Of a DNA stretch of 64,000 bases, positions 48,780-61,200 are shown piece by piece. Position 1 is the first letter of the stretch; the number at the start of each line of letters is the position of its first letter. Both the position numbers and the translations under genes were made by a program. The notes below the pieces were generated by a model. The model made no database searches. It saw only the letters and a list, made by a program, of their open reading frames with translations, and was not told where the DNA came from. The DNA is from Macrostomum lignano. Taxonomy: Eukaryota. Location of the stretch: the NCBI GenBank assembly GCA_002269645.1, contig NIVC01000941.1, positions 27,299 to 91,298 of the forward strand, written 5' to 3'.

Positions 48780-49969
48780 ATGCTGTCTCTAATCATCGTG
48801 CTGCTGCTTCTCTGCAGCAATGGAATTCGCGTCAGTGGAGAAAACTTCACTTTAGGTAAGACGAATTAAAGAATCAATACGCGCTCGTGGTTTACGAACA
48901 GATTAATTATCTGAAGAAAATAAACTGCTAATCGATTTTCCCTTCAGGCATCAGTTTCAGTTGCAATAGGAAAACTTAAACTTAAACTTAAAAACTTAAA
49001 AAGCAAAAACAAAAAATGATAATCCAATTTTTTTTCTTTTTCTTTTTCTTTTTTTCTTCAAGCAGAACCACTGCTTGAAGAGGGGGAGATTTATTGAGCG
49101 TACTTGCCCCAAGCTGGACCGGTGTACACCCAGCGGTGAAGAGTTTAAGAGTGGTTATTAGTCATTCAAAAACTCCCACTTCTAGACAATGGGGAACAAG
49201 TTCCCTAGGTATTATGCAAAATCAAATAACTCTTACTGGAGCGGCTCCTCTTGTAACTTGTTAGCAGGCTGGCCTTGTATGGTACGGCTCGTAGAGACGA
49301 CTGGCTTCAGTGAATTGTCTCCGGGAGTCCCTAACTTTATCTGTGGGTCGACAAAAAGCGACAGCGACAGCGAATCAGAAGTCTTTACAGTGTCCTAGAG
49401 CTCGGAATTAACAATAGAACGTGCGCCCTTAATGAGCAATTGAATTCTCTGAGTTTCTGCAATACTCGTAGGTCCTCCTGAAGGGCGTCTTCTTCGTTAC
49501 GTCCGAAACGTAACGGATAACTCAACTCAATCAATAGATCCTCTAGAAATCTATCCTAGGAAATAATTAAGGGGTCTTTCTCAAGTGTGTCGACAAAAAA
49601 CGGCTCTCGTAGACTTAATCAATCAGCTTATTGACGCTAGCTAAATCCGTTAAATGCTTACCAATTGGACAGAGTTTCGTCCCTCAGAAATAGGTCTTCT
49701 TTGTTTGTTCTTCAGAGTCTTCCTTGAGGTTCATACCTTGCATGAGTTAGAAAGTACGCTTGCGAGTCTTCGATTAAGAATGTAGTCCTGTATTCTACGG
49801 ACTTTTCAGCACTGCTATGGAATGATCGGAGCGCAGCCGCAATTGTGCAGGACTTGTTCGACAGAAAATTCTGGCTATTCATAGCAGACACTTGTCCAGA
49901 AATAATCAGAACAAAATCAATCGATTTCAAGTTCGTGGAGACTCATGAACATTCCAACTGCTCTTGATA
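48780..49969 (+). pseudogene. iGluR-like paralog C relic: exon 1 (48780..48855) and frameshifted exon 2 (49810..49969)
   Basis: Exon 1 is MLSLIIVLLLLCSNGIRVSGENFTL plus a phase-1 GTAAG donor. Exon 2 is ALLWNDRSAAAIVQDLFDRKFW..CP..KFVE, homologous to ALLWNEGGSAAIANELFETKFW of gene B. It is 160 bp instead of 174 bp (14-bp deletion). No later exons were found. Confidence 0.75.
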
Positions 49970-50739
49970 GTAAGTATATTTTAATCTTACTTGCATCTGC
50001 GCTCCTACAAAGTCCATCCTGCCCTCGTATTAACTTTATGACTTTATGATTACTTTATGATTACTGAGATAGGATAAGCTAAAAGTTTCGTGCTATTAGA
50101 ACAAAGGTCGGCCAACAGTTTTACCTCAAGGGCCAGATAAAGAGCCTAGCTAATGGCGAGAGTAAAGGGAAGGGAATAGAGGAGAGAGAAGAGAAGAGAA
50201 GAGAAGAGGGAAGAAGTAAATAAGACCCCAAACAGGAACCAATAATCAAGATGATGAATTTTACATTTTTCTAGTCAATTAATTGAACTATAAATTTCAA
50301 ATATTGTTGCTTTGGTCTAGAGTCTAACTTTGGGCTCTATTCTAGCACTTAGCATTTTAAACAATATAATGAATATATAATGCTTGTAGTTACAAACTCT
50401 TTTTTTATTAAGAATTTTATATTTTTTTACAATGCCCACTGATCTTTTCCCTAATATTTATCAAATAAGATTTACGTTTTGGGTTAAGCCTTGTAGGTTG
50501 GATTACGTTAAAAATTTTCTGGATCCGCTCTTGCCTCTGTGCTGCTGTGGAGTACTGCATCTGCATCTACACCATGAGCAGCACAATAGGGTATCTATCT
50601 TAATGTTGTATTCATGTGCCAACCAAAATAAGCACAGACGTACCGAGCTGACATACAAGTAGGGAAACTTGGAAGAACACGTATCCTCACTGCATACTGA
50701 AGCGAATTGAGAAGCTTCAGACAGACAGAAAGACAGATA

Positions 50740-51420
50740 AATCGACTCTGTAAACCTCAACATGCGCACATGCTGGAACTTTTGCCCCCCTTAGAAAGAG
50801 TGCCGCGGCGTCTGAGAATGTAAAAATGACATTGACTACGAGTGTTATCGCTCTGACCTCAAAATCTCCCCCCCCCCATATGAAAATCCTTTCACTGTTC
50901 CAATGCACTTATTTGTGGTTTTACAGTGGGCCTGGCTCCTGGCTTTCTCGTAAATATCGTATATATCTATATATCGATCCCGTAAACCTCAAAGTGCACA
51001 CATGCAGTGACTTAGCCACGGGGGTCATGTGATCACGATTTAAAAATCCGAAATCTTGCCTGCCGCGCAAAATAGACGCTATAAAATATCACATGCTAGT
51101 TGCTAAACTCAAAGACCACTAGAAGTTACTATTGTGACAATCGTTACTTCCAGTGGTCCCTGGCTAAAAAAACTAGCTATATACTGCTTATCTTTATCTA
51201 AAGTGGTGCTAAACTGCTTTGTTCAGGCACTGGGAACTGGAACTTTTGCCCCCTTAGAAAGTGTATTGCGGCGTCTGATGATGTAACAATGACAGCTACT
51301 ATGAGTGTTTGTCGCTCTGACTTAAAAATCGCCTCATTATGAACATCTATGCCACACTGTGGTTGTACAGTGGTCCTAACTCCTTGGAGTTGGCCCGATA
51401 AATCATACGAAAATCCCCAA
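50740..51420. repeat. Diverged ~232-bp tandem repeat x~3 upstream of gene B
   Basis: CTGGAACTTTTGCCCCCTTAGAAAG at 50773 and 51237 (2x232). GTAAACCTCAAA at about 50750 and 50980. Confidence 0.6.
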
Positions 51421-51901
51421 GTCTGCACTGTCAGAATTAGCAAAAACATTTAGATAAAAATAGAGCCCATGGACTTCAGTGCGATAGTCCGATGCATTAT
51501 ACTCTACTCACACTCACCTCCCTATATGCAATTTGTAATCATTGTAATAATTGTAATTTTATAAGGATGCTTGACACTTCAGGTGGTCGGATAGACCTCA
51601 GCCAGAACCTTGTGCAGGCCGTGGGAGAGTGAGATACATACACAAGTATCTATACAGTGCCACCCTTCTGATATAAAACTGCTTGATAATTCCGTCACTC
51701 AGCTTGGATTCAAACCCCGTCTTAAATTCATGCCTGTAATTTCAGTCGCAGCGGGGGTGAACAGTTTCTGGAGCGTATGTCAGGCGTATTCAGTGTCTTA
51801 GCCGCTGCCCAGCCTGCAGAACACCGCAGAGGTAGGTATATTAGACTCACAGGCTCATTCGTTTAACTCACCACTTATTTTCAGTCTCGTCAATTCTTCA
51901 A

Positions 51902-54900
51902 ATGCAGCTGGTTGCTTTCACTTGGAGGATTCTCTCCCTGACACTGATAGTCGATGGCAGCTACGGGACCAACATCACATTCGGTAGGCTTGGTACCGGA
52001 GTGCTGAGCTCTGGGAACTAACTAACTTATCTTGTGTATTGTAAGTGCACCGTTACATGCACACCAATTTCTCTCATTCTCTTCGCTCTAACTGGCCATA
52101 CCCCAAAGCTTCCATGTCCATAGTAATTGTCATCACGTGACTCGGGAACTTAGAGAAAGCCAATGCGAAATCACAGCAGAAATCACAAAATACAAGGAAG
52201 TTCGATTCACTCGTTTAATTCCCAGATATTTCCCATATCCTTAGTTGATACAAGGACAACTTAATATATGTTACTTGAGTAGTCCTTGAGTTGATAGTCG
52301 CTCGTATGCGGCATACCTAGTTACTCTATATGTTGCTCGCAATCTCGGGTTCACCCACTGAATTCTGGCCCATGATTGTCAACCCATGGTTTACTCATAT
52401 GTGAGTGTAAATCAGCTTTATTTGCCTCCTGACCGAAATTCAGCGAAATTGACGACATTTCAAAAGTATTTTTGCAACCACGCTTTTTATACACTATTAA
52501 TTATATAAGACTTCCACAAAGTCAGAAGGCCGGTAAGCAAATGTCAGGAAAATAAACACAAACTGAAAAAAATAAACAACTCAATCACATCGCAAAAGTC
52601 AAATGAATCGCACAAACTACTCAACACTTGCTTTCAGCGCTACTGTGGAACGAAGGCGGCTCGGCTGCAATCGCTAATGAGCTCTTTGAGACCAAATTTT
52701 GGCCGGCCATTATGGAAGCCTGTCCGTCTGCTCCTGGCATTAATGACACTTTTATCGATTTTGTTGAAATTGTTCAAACGACGTTAATAAATATTCCGAT
52801 GGTTTTAGAAAGTACGTGGCGTAAGAAGGCATTTAATACTTGCACTTAAAATTAGCTTTGAATTTGCACCAAGCAAGATTGAATGCTGGCATTTAAATTT
52901 TTAAATAATATGACCAAAATAGATTTATTAACTTAATTTTGGCTCGATAATCGCCTCATTTTTATTTGACTCGGCATTCTTTTAATTGTTCAGACATCTC
53001 CAGTCTCGGCAACTGCTTGTTCATCGGTGCCCACGCAGACGTATCGACGGTACCGCTGTTTGCTCAGGCCAACCTGTCGACCGGCCTGACGCCGGACTCT
53101 ATCGCTGGTCGCCGCTACCCCCGCATGCGGCTGCTCGAGGTTGCGCCGATACCAATGCCGCTGGTCTCGGAGGTCATGTCGCGAGCACTCACGCTGTCTC
53201 TGGGCTCCGGCCTGGCCGAGGGCAGTCGGCTTAGCATCATTCTCGGAAGCGGTTACGAAATATCTCATTTTAAACTACTGGTTGTAAATTTTCCCGGCTC
53301 GGTAAAATTTTATCGACTTGTGCCAGGTGCAGAGCAGGAGCTGGTCAGCGTACTTCAGTTGGATCTGGCGAAGAACTTTCTTGTTGCGGCTAAGCATGTC
53401 GAAACAGATGCATTTATGGCAGCCGCGTTCAGTGGTCAGCTGTTGAATCCATCGCATCGCTGGTTCCTGTTCGATACGGTGAGAATGGATTGCTGCTTCT
53501 AGATAGCTAGGTGACATCAATAAGTAACGATTGTCTGTTCCCATATTTAGTTCAGTTTAGTTTAATTAGATAGTTTTTCAGGCGATTTGAGTACTGCCGA
53601 AAATCAATGTGACAGTCAACCCGCAGACAGCGAAGAGAGAAACAGTTATGGCCAGTCCACTGACCCCTGAACTCGGAAGGCACACATTTACACGGGGTGT
53701 ACAACGGCCCTGACTTTCTCATCGTCAATCATGTAACACATTGTGTCTTGGGGGTTGGCCCCAATGGGCTAGAATCACTATTTACCTCAAAGGAAAACGA
53801 AAATGGTTACTTTGCCAACATGCATCCAGAATGCGACCTAATGAGCAACAGGGAAAATCATATTTTTCTTACAGTTATTAGTCCAGAAAAATAACTTTGA
53901 CGGCTTTAAAGTAATTTCAAAGAACATCACGTCAATGGACTTCGGCCCAATATCCTCGCTCATCAGCAATGGTCTAAACTCAACGCAAGCCGTTTATCTG
54001 TTCGATCTTCTATCGATTTGGTCGGTGTATTTAAAGAATATTTTTTGTAACGAAGTAAGAGTTTTTTTAGTTTTTAATTTGTTTCTCCGAGCAAAGTTTT
54101 TAACTCATAGTTACGATGCATTATAATTTTCTCATCTAAGCCGACAGAAGTGAACACAACATTCACGGGAATGACCGGTTCGTACGATTTAGCTCCTGAC
54201 GGAACTGTCTCCAGACAGAACTGGTTCATGTACTTTTACAAAGGCCTCGGCGAACAGCGAGAACGGGTCAGACGCACTTTGATTTTTTCATTCGCAATAT
54301 TCTGAATAATTTTTATCACATAAAAGTGCTTAACAGGCATGAGAATACAAACCATTTTTATCCAAACCCAAAGATCGGCAATTGGTCAAGCGCTGGAGAG
54401 TTTCACTTTCAGCCGGCCTTGGTCAGAACTACAACAGATGAAATGCTGAAGCGGGAGCTAAACTTAAACGTGTTTAGAGTGGTCACCGTATTAGTACGTA
54501 CGAGCTAGATTCTTAGTACAGCTCTTTTCATAATTTGAATTCGAGAGTGTATACTTCACATATCTCGCCGTGATTTCCCGTTTCAGTCCAAACCGTACGT
54601 TCAGTTTAAGAAGGGCTACGAGAACCGGACCAACGTTAGTCTCTTCGATCGCTTAGAAGGATTTGCCATAGACATGTGCAAGAAGATCCTGGAAAACATG
54701 TCGGCAAGTAGCAATATCGGTGTATATTGGGATTTTTATGTTTTACAGGCATTTGTAATTAGCTCTTAGTGCTGGGTTTCGAAATAAATGAACTTCGTGA
54801 CGGAAGGTTCTCGAGTTTCATGTGCTATGCTACAGCTGGTCTGTCTGTAGATTCTGCAAACTGGCTACTTTCCATCCCGTAGACACAATGATAGGAGTTT

Positions 54901-56336
54901 ATTCAAGATCCTTTACTCGTACACACCAAACCAGTTGGAATCAGTGGAGATGTTTCTGCAACCGGACAATAGTTACGGCTCGTTCGACCAGAGAAAGGGC
55001 TGGAGCGGCATGGTGGCCACGCTCATGCAAGGCGGGGCAGGCCTGGCCTGTGCGCCGATGTCCGACACAGAGGAGCGGCTCGGCGTCATGAAGTTCACGC
55101 AGCCGATCAAATCCTACCAGCTGTCTATTCTGTACGCCAAGCCGGAGGCCAACCCGGTGAAGCTTATGTTCGAGTTCCTCTCGCCGCTGCATCTGTACAC
55201 TTGGCTTGCACTGATAGGCTCAGTTCTGGTCTCCGCCTTGGTTCTGGCTGTTTTGCATCAGCTCAGCAGGAACGAGCACAGTTTTAGCCTATACGAAACG
55301 GTCTTCATTTCCTTCGCTTCGCTGATCCAAGGCTTGACTGGCGTCACGCCAAATCGACCGTCGGCCCAGTTAGTGAGTACTCAGACGGTTGTAGTTTTAA
55401 ATGAGAAAGCGATCATTTTCATTCCCATTGTTCTTACGGGTTACTTAATTCATTCTTAGGTCACAGCGGTGTACTGGCTGTTTGCTTTTGTAATCTTAGT
55501 CGCCTACGTGACAAACTATGCCGCAAAGCGGACTTTGGAACGAGTCCAGTCGGAAATCACGGATTTAGACAGCCTCCCTGTGCAGGAAACCTACGAATAC
55601 GGTACTTTTTTCGGCTCTGTCTACCTAAGCCTCTTGAAAGGCTCCAACGATCCTGTCCAGCAGGCGGCCTTCAGCTACATCAGCAACAATCCGGAGCGCA
55701 GGCAGCCGCGGAGCGTTAGCCAGGCTCTGAGCATGGTCAGCGGCGGCAAGTTCGCTCTTATTTACAACTCCGTCATGAACGACTACAATGCCAAAATGAC
55801 GTGCAACTTTCATGTCGCCGGCAACTTCGGACTGGACAGTGCGATGTTGGGTCTGCCGGAGAGTGCCGAATATGACGATCTGATCAACCGCATCATCAAC
55901 CACCTGGTGGCTACTGGAGAGCGAGATCGGCTATTTGAGAAGTGAGTTTAAACCGAGTCTGGTAGCATTAATTCACAGTTTTCAAAAAAACGCATGCCAT
56001 TTCAGGTACTTCAACCCTCCCAAGAGCGAGCTGCCTAACTGCACCGATAAGCCTTTCCCTTACGCTCTCAACAACTGGATACCCCAAGAACCGAATATTT
56101 TCAACACTCGCCACGGTGCTCTTACCCTCAGCAACACTCTGGGGATCGCCGTCATCAACTTGGCTGGCTGTCTGCTCACTCTGCTGCTGGCATTGCTGGA
56201 GAAGGCCTGCATCAACCTCAGGCCGCGTTTGAATCAGTTAAAAGGCAACGCGTTAAAGGACTGGCGACGACACAGGGCTGGGACTGGTGAAGCTGTGCAA
56301 ACAGCTGCCCAAAAATCAGACAGAAGAGATGATTGA
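51902..56336 (+). CDS. Divergent iGluR/IR-like subunit B, join(51902..51983,52638..52811,52994..53478,53875..54054,54141..54266,54374..54493,54587..54703,54935..55372,55460..55941,56006..56336), 844 aa
   Basis: Internal exon sizes are identical to A1 and A2 (174, 485, 180, 126, 120, 117, 438, 482). Motifs: APMSDTEERLGVMKF, SLIQG, YVTNYAAK, YGTFFGSVY. Intron 7 needs a GC donor. Exon 1 is assigned by signal peptide plus NITF and phase. Confidence 0.82.
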
Positions 56337-58265
56337 ATCATATGCGTAACTTTTGAATTTGCACTTTTTCCTTTATAAAGTGCAATCACGAACGAATCTG
56401 TAAACATTTTAGTCCCAATTTATTTGTTCTATGCAAAAACGATGAGAAAATATGTTTTGATAAGTGATCATAAGACTCATTGTTTAAGCTGCTGAGGATG
56501 CCATGATCCCAGCTGGCTCGATCCAGATAATATAATTGATTTGTTAAGTTTGGAAGTGATGTAATCGTACGCTCGTACTTTGTTGATGATAAGCGTAAAT
56601 TTTAATGCAATGTCATTTTGATATATTCAATACCTTCTTTTTGAACATTTAATCGATTCTACGAGTATACAAGTGCAAATAGTTATCGTTTTTTAAAATA
56701 AATACAGAATACAGCAAAAAATGTTGGAACTGCAATTAAGTGGCGCTTTATTATCGACCGATTTTTAATGAGTGGCTTGGCAACCCGCGCCTGCCCTGTC
56801 CGATACTGAATAATTCTGACACTTTGACTCTTGCGTCAGTGCTACAGCTTCGCGTACTCTTGGTTTTATCATTGAGCCGTTCTATTGTATTAAAATTTCT
56901 TAAGTTCCTTACCTTTTTGCAAGTTAAAACTTACACACGAGAGTTAAGAATTGTCTCAGAGTTCTTTAGAGTGTTCGGTGAAACTTTTGGCATTGTGACC
57001 CAACGTTATCTTTACTGACTACGTTCTGCCAGCGGAAGAGCGTATGATCGTGTCAGACCGCTGTCCGGACTGACCTGGGAACCTAAGCGAATGCTTCGCT
57101 TCGAGTAGCTCAGTTTCTCGTAGCCCGTCCTGTGAGTTCTCGTCTCGTATAATCTCGGTCCACGGTCGCAAAGAAAGTAACACGGAGTGCGAACTTACTG
57201 TACTGTCACATGGCACGAGGGAGAGAGGGCGTCGGTGGTCTTGGTACAGTCGTGCTATTGCCACTCCATTTTCTGAATATGCTTGCCTGAGGCTGCTCAC
57301 CATAGCAAACCCAAAATCAATAAAGCGAAGACAGTAAACCTCGCAAGCTCGAAATGTCATGGTAAGCTCGAGTTTTCGTCCTGTCGAGTCCTGACACAAG
57401 GAATGAAAAAATCAACCAAATATTGTAGAAGCCTCAAGTTCATGCTGTACGCTGGTAGGGGACGACATAGGACGGGCTGACCGAGTTGCTCGGTCTGACG
57501 TGAACATACGTTCGTCCGCTAAAAGAGCAGAGCCTTGCTTCAATTTTGCATTCGCACAGCATGCGTCAAACGCGTCGCAACTGAGCCAAGTTTTCTCGGT
57601 CCCTCGCTTTCTGCATCAGGCATGCAGCTGTCTCAGAATAATTGTGATGTTTCTGATGCTCGAATTTTTATAGAATTAAGGCGTAAATTTTTTATTTTAA
57701 TATACAGTATTAGTCGCGCATATTTCTGCATGATGGCAGTGTCGCATAACTTCACCGAAATATTTTACACCAAAGTAGAAACGCAAGCTTTATTGAACGG
57801 GCCTAATGTCCTCCACTTGGTAATTTTCCTGGTTCAGAAATAGTGGTCGCGTCAGCTGATTGCAAGTGGGGTAGCCATTGTGCGGTTTTAAGGTTGGTCT
57901 CGAATTTATCTGGTTAGTTATGACTTGCTTTGGTACTCTTATAAGTCCGCAGTCCCTCTAATGTAAATTGCTAAACAGAATAAACACGGGCGTGTAAGCA
58001 AACATGGAAAGACAAATTCCCTGCGTTTGATGGGAAACCGTAAGACAGACTCGGTCGGTCCAGCGTTATTGCAAATTTAACTAACTTTCTACTCTGCCTC
58101 GAGTGCGCTATACTGTTTAGAGCGCTTTCAAGCGCACAGCTCATGGCCAAACAAGTTGCCAAATTTGGGGCATGTTATCATATATAAGATATTTTTATGC
58201 ACCTCCAGAGAGGTGATTCGCAACTTGAAACTCACTAAAATTGAAACTGTTCAGACAGTGCAACG

Positions 58266-61200
58266 ATGCGAAATCTTACTGTTCTGCAGCTGAGCTTTTT
58301 GATTCTGATTGCAGGCTGCAGCAGAATGCAGGCTCAGAGCAACAACATCACACTGGGTTCGTTCAATTTTGTCTACTGAGAACTCGCTTTTGTCCAATTC
58401 TATTTTCATTTGCAGACATGCAGATTTTGTGCTTCTAATGATTTCCTTTCAGCCCTATTGTGGAATGAAGAGGGCACAGCCGCACTGGCGAAGGACTTAT
58501 TCGAAAAGAAGTTCCGACCGGCAATTCTCGAGGCCTGCCCGTCTGCCCCCGGCATCAATCAAACTTCCGTTGAGTTTGTGGAGATCATTCACAAAAAGCT
58601 TATGGACATCCCGGCTGCTATGAACAGTAGGAAGCATTTATTGCTTTGATTAATCTTTAATGAATCAAAAGCAATCATTAAGTTATATGCACCCATGAAT
58701 CTACTGGGATTGAATTCGATTCGATAAGATAGAAACAATACGTACCTGCAACCTCGGTAGTTTACCTGCCAGATAAACTACAAATTCTTAAGAAGGCGAC
58801 GGTAACTGGCGAATCCATTGAGTAAGAGCGTCGCACCTCATCGATGCAAGTTCGATGCATAAATTATTAATTGTTAATCGATTGACTCAATTAATTCGAG
58901 TGAGCATAATTTTTTCCGGCCTAAAACACATCTCTAAAAATTTATTCCCCCAACTCAGACTTTGCCAGCCTTGCCAACTGCTTGTTCATCGGTGCCCACA
59001 CTGAAGTATCGATGGTGCCGCTGTTTGCTCAGGCCAACTTGTCGACCGGCCTGACCCCGGGCTCTGTTGCTGCCCGCCGCTATCCCCGCATGCGGCTGCA
59101 CAAGGTGGCGCCGATCCCAGTATCGCTGGTCTCGGACGGAGTGTTGCGATCGCTTGTAATGTCTCTTGGCGCCAGCGAAGCAAAGCAAAGCCGCCTCAGC
59201 ATCATTCTTGGCACCGGCTACGAAGCATTTCATGTTGAAATTTTTGCTACAAAGTTTCCAGGCTCAGTGCAGCTCTACCGGCTTAAGCCGGGTGCAGAAT
59301 ACGACCTCATTGAAAGGCTCCAATCAAAAAATGCCGAAACCTTTCTGCTTGCATGCAATCCAGAGGAAGCCGAGGTTTTCCTTTCTGCGGCATTCATAAA
59401 TCGGCTTCTGCATCCAACTTATCGTTGGTTTCTGTTCAACATGGTGAGGCTGGAATCGACCAGATACAACTTTCATGTGATTAAGGTACTGTATTTTTGA
59501 GTAGCCAAAATTAAGGACCTATGACAGCTGTTGTCTTTTTAGCTCCTGGTAGAGAGAAACAACTTCGGTGGCTACGTGATTGTGTCCAAGAATATCACAT
59601 CAATGGAGTTCGGCCCAATATCCACTGCTATCAAAAACGGCCTAACTACGACGCGATCAGTTTACCTGTTTGATCTCTTGACTGTTTGGTCAGTTTACTT
59701 AAAAAACATTCTTTGTAACGAGGTGAGAGGTCACATTCGAGTTGTGCGAAATTTTATTAAGCTTTTTATGTCATTCAAAGCTTTAAAGTAATGGGATCAT
59801 TAATAAATAGTTGTCATTAAATAAATTCACTCAAAGAAACGTTCGCAATGCAGATTGACTGAAGAGATGCATGAAGCTATAAATATAGGCTTATTTCTAC
59901 TGTGCTTCAATAGCATTGCTATACATCACGAATAGTTTCTTTACTTATTTTAGGCATCCGAAGTGAACAGAACTGTTGAAGGCCTGACCGGTTCTTTTAG
60001 CTTGGGCCCGGACGGCACGGTAACCAGGGAATTCTGGCGGATGCACTTTTACAAAGGACTGGGCGATCAGCGTGAACGGGTAAGGCCTCCATTGTTGCAG
60101 TGTTTTCTAATCGTGTCAAACTTGTTGCGATTTTGTTTTTCTACGAGATCCTCTTTGAAATTGTACCCCAGCTCGGATATCGTGCTGGGATATCTGACGC
60201 TTATCAATTTCAAAATGAATTTCGAAAAAAATGTCACTTTCCCTAAGATCGGCAACTGGTCCAGTTCTGGAGACTTCTTCTTCGTCCCGGCAAAGCCGAG
60301 AATACCGACTGATGAGGTGTTGAAGCAAGAGCTCAACTTGAACGTGTTCCGAGTAGTTACTGTACTGGTGGGTTTTCCAGAAACAGTTAACTCTTCCTTC
60401 AACAACTAGTTGAAGACGCTGCATAATTTCTCATCTAACAAAACTACTTCTTCATTTCAGTCACCTCCGTTTGTGCAGTTCAGAAAGGGCTACGAGAATC
60501 GGACTGACGTACCGCTCTACAACCGCCTAGAAGGGTTTGCGGTGGACATGTGCAAGAAGATACTGATGAACATGTCGGTAAGTTTAAACTTAGACTTATC
60601 TGTGAACAGTTTAAACTTAGACTTATCTGGAAACTCTACTTTACCGTTTTTGTGTAAAGGGTTTTAAACAGATTTTTTAGCGGCTGAAATATTTTAGTAC
60701 ATAAGTTGCACTGCTTTGAAGCAACACTAGACTACTGCATTTAGCTCGTAGATGTAAATAGGCCGGTTGTCACTATTCTAATCACAGATGTTCCTCACTT
60801 CTTGAAATAAAAAAACATCAGATAATTATGTTGAAGAGAGAAAATAGCAAAAAGCCGTCAAAGATTCAAAGACGATAGGAGATGCGTCAGCTAGCTAATC
60901 AACTTGCATAATCTGCAATAATCGCTTTGTATTCGTGAGTAGTTCTTGCTGGTAAGAAACAACTGACCCCTTTCACCGTTTTCCGTAGCTGAACTCCGTT
61001 GAATTCTTTCTACAACCTGATGGTATCTTCGGCTCCTACGATCCAGTCAAAGGATGGAGTGGCATGGTAGCCACTCTCATGCTAAATGATGCCGACATGG
61101 CCTGCGCTTCAATGTCCGACACGGAGCTGCGCCGTGGCGTTGTCAAATTTACGCAGCCCATCTTATTCAACCAACTGTCCATCCTGTACTCGAAGCCAGA

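Noticed and set aside
49478-49520. Hammerhead ribozyme-like CTGAAG...CGAAAC with a stem II (GGGCGT/ACGTCC)
   Set aside because: The core lacks the full CUGANGA, no convincing stem I/III or cleavage triplet could be drawn, and there is no Penelope ORF nearby. At best a decayed relic.
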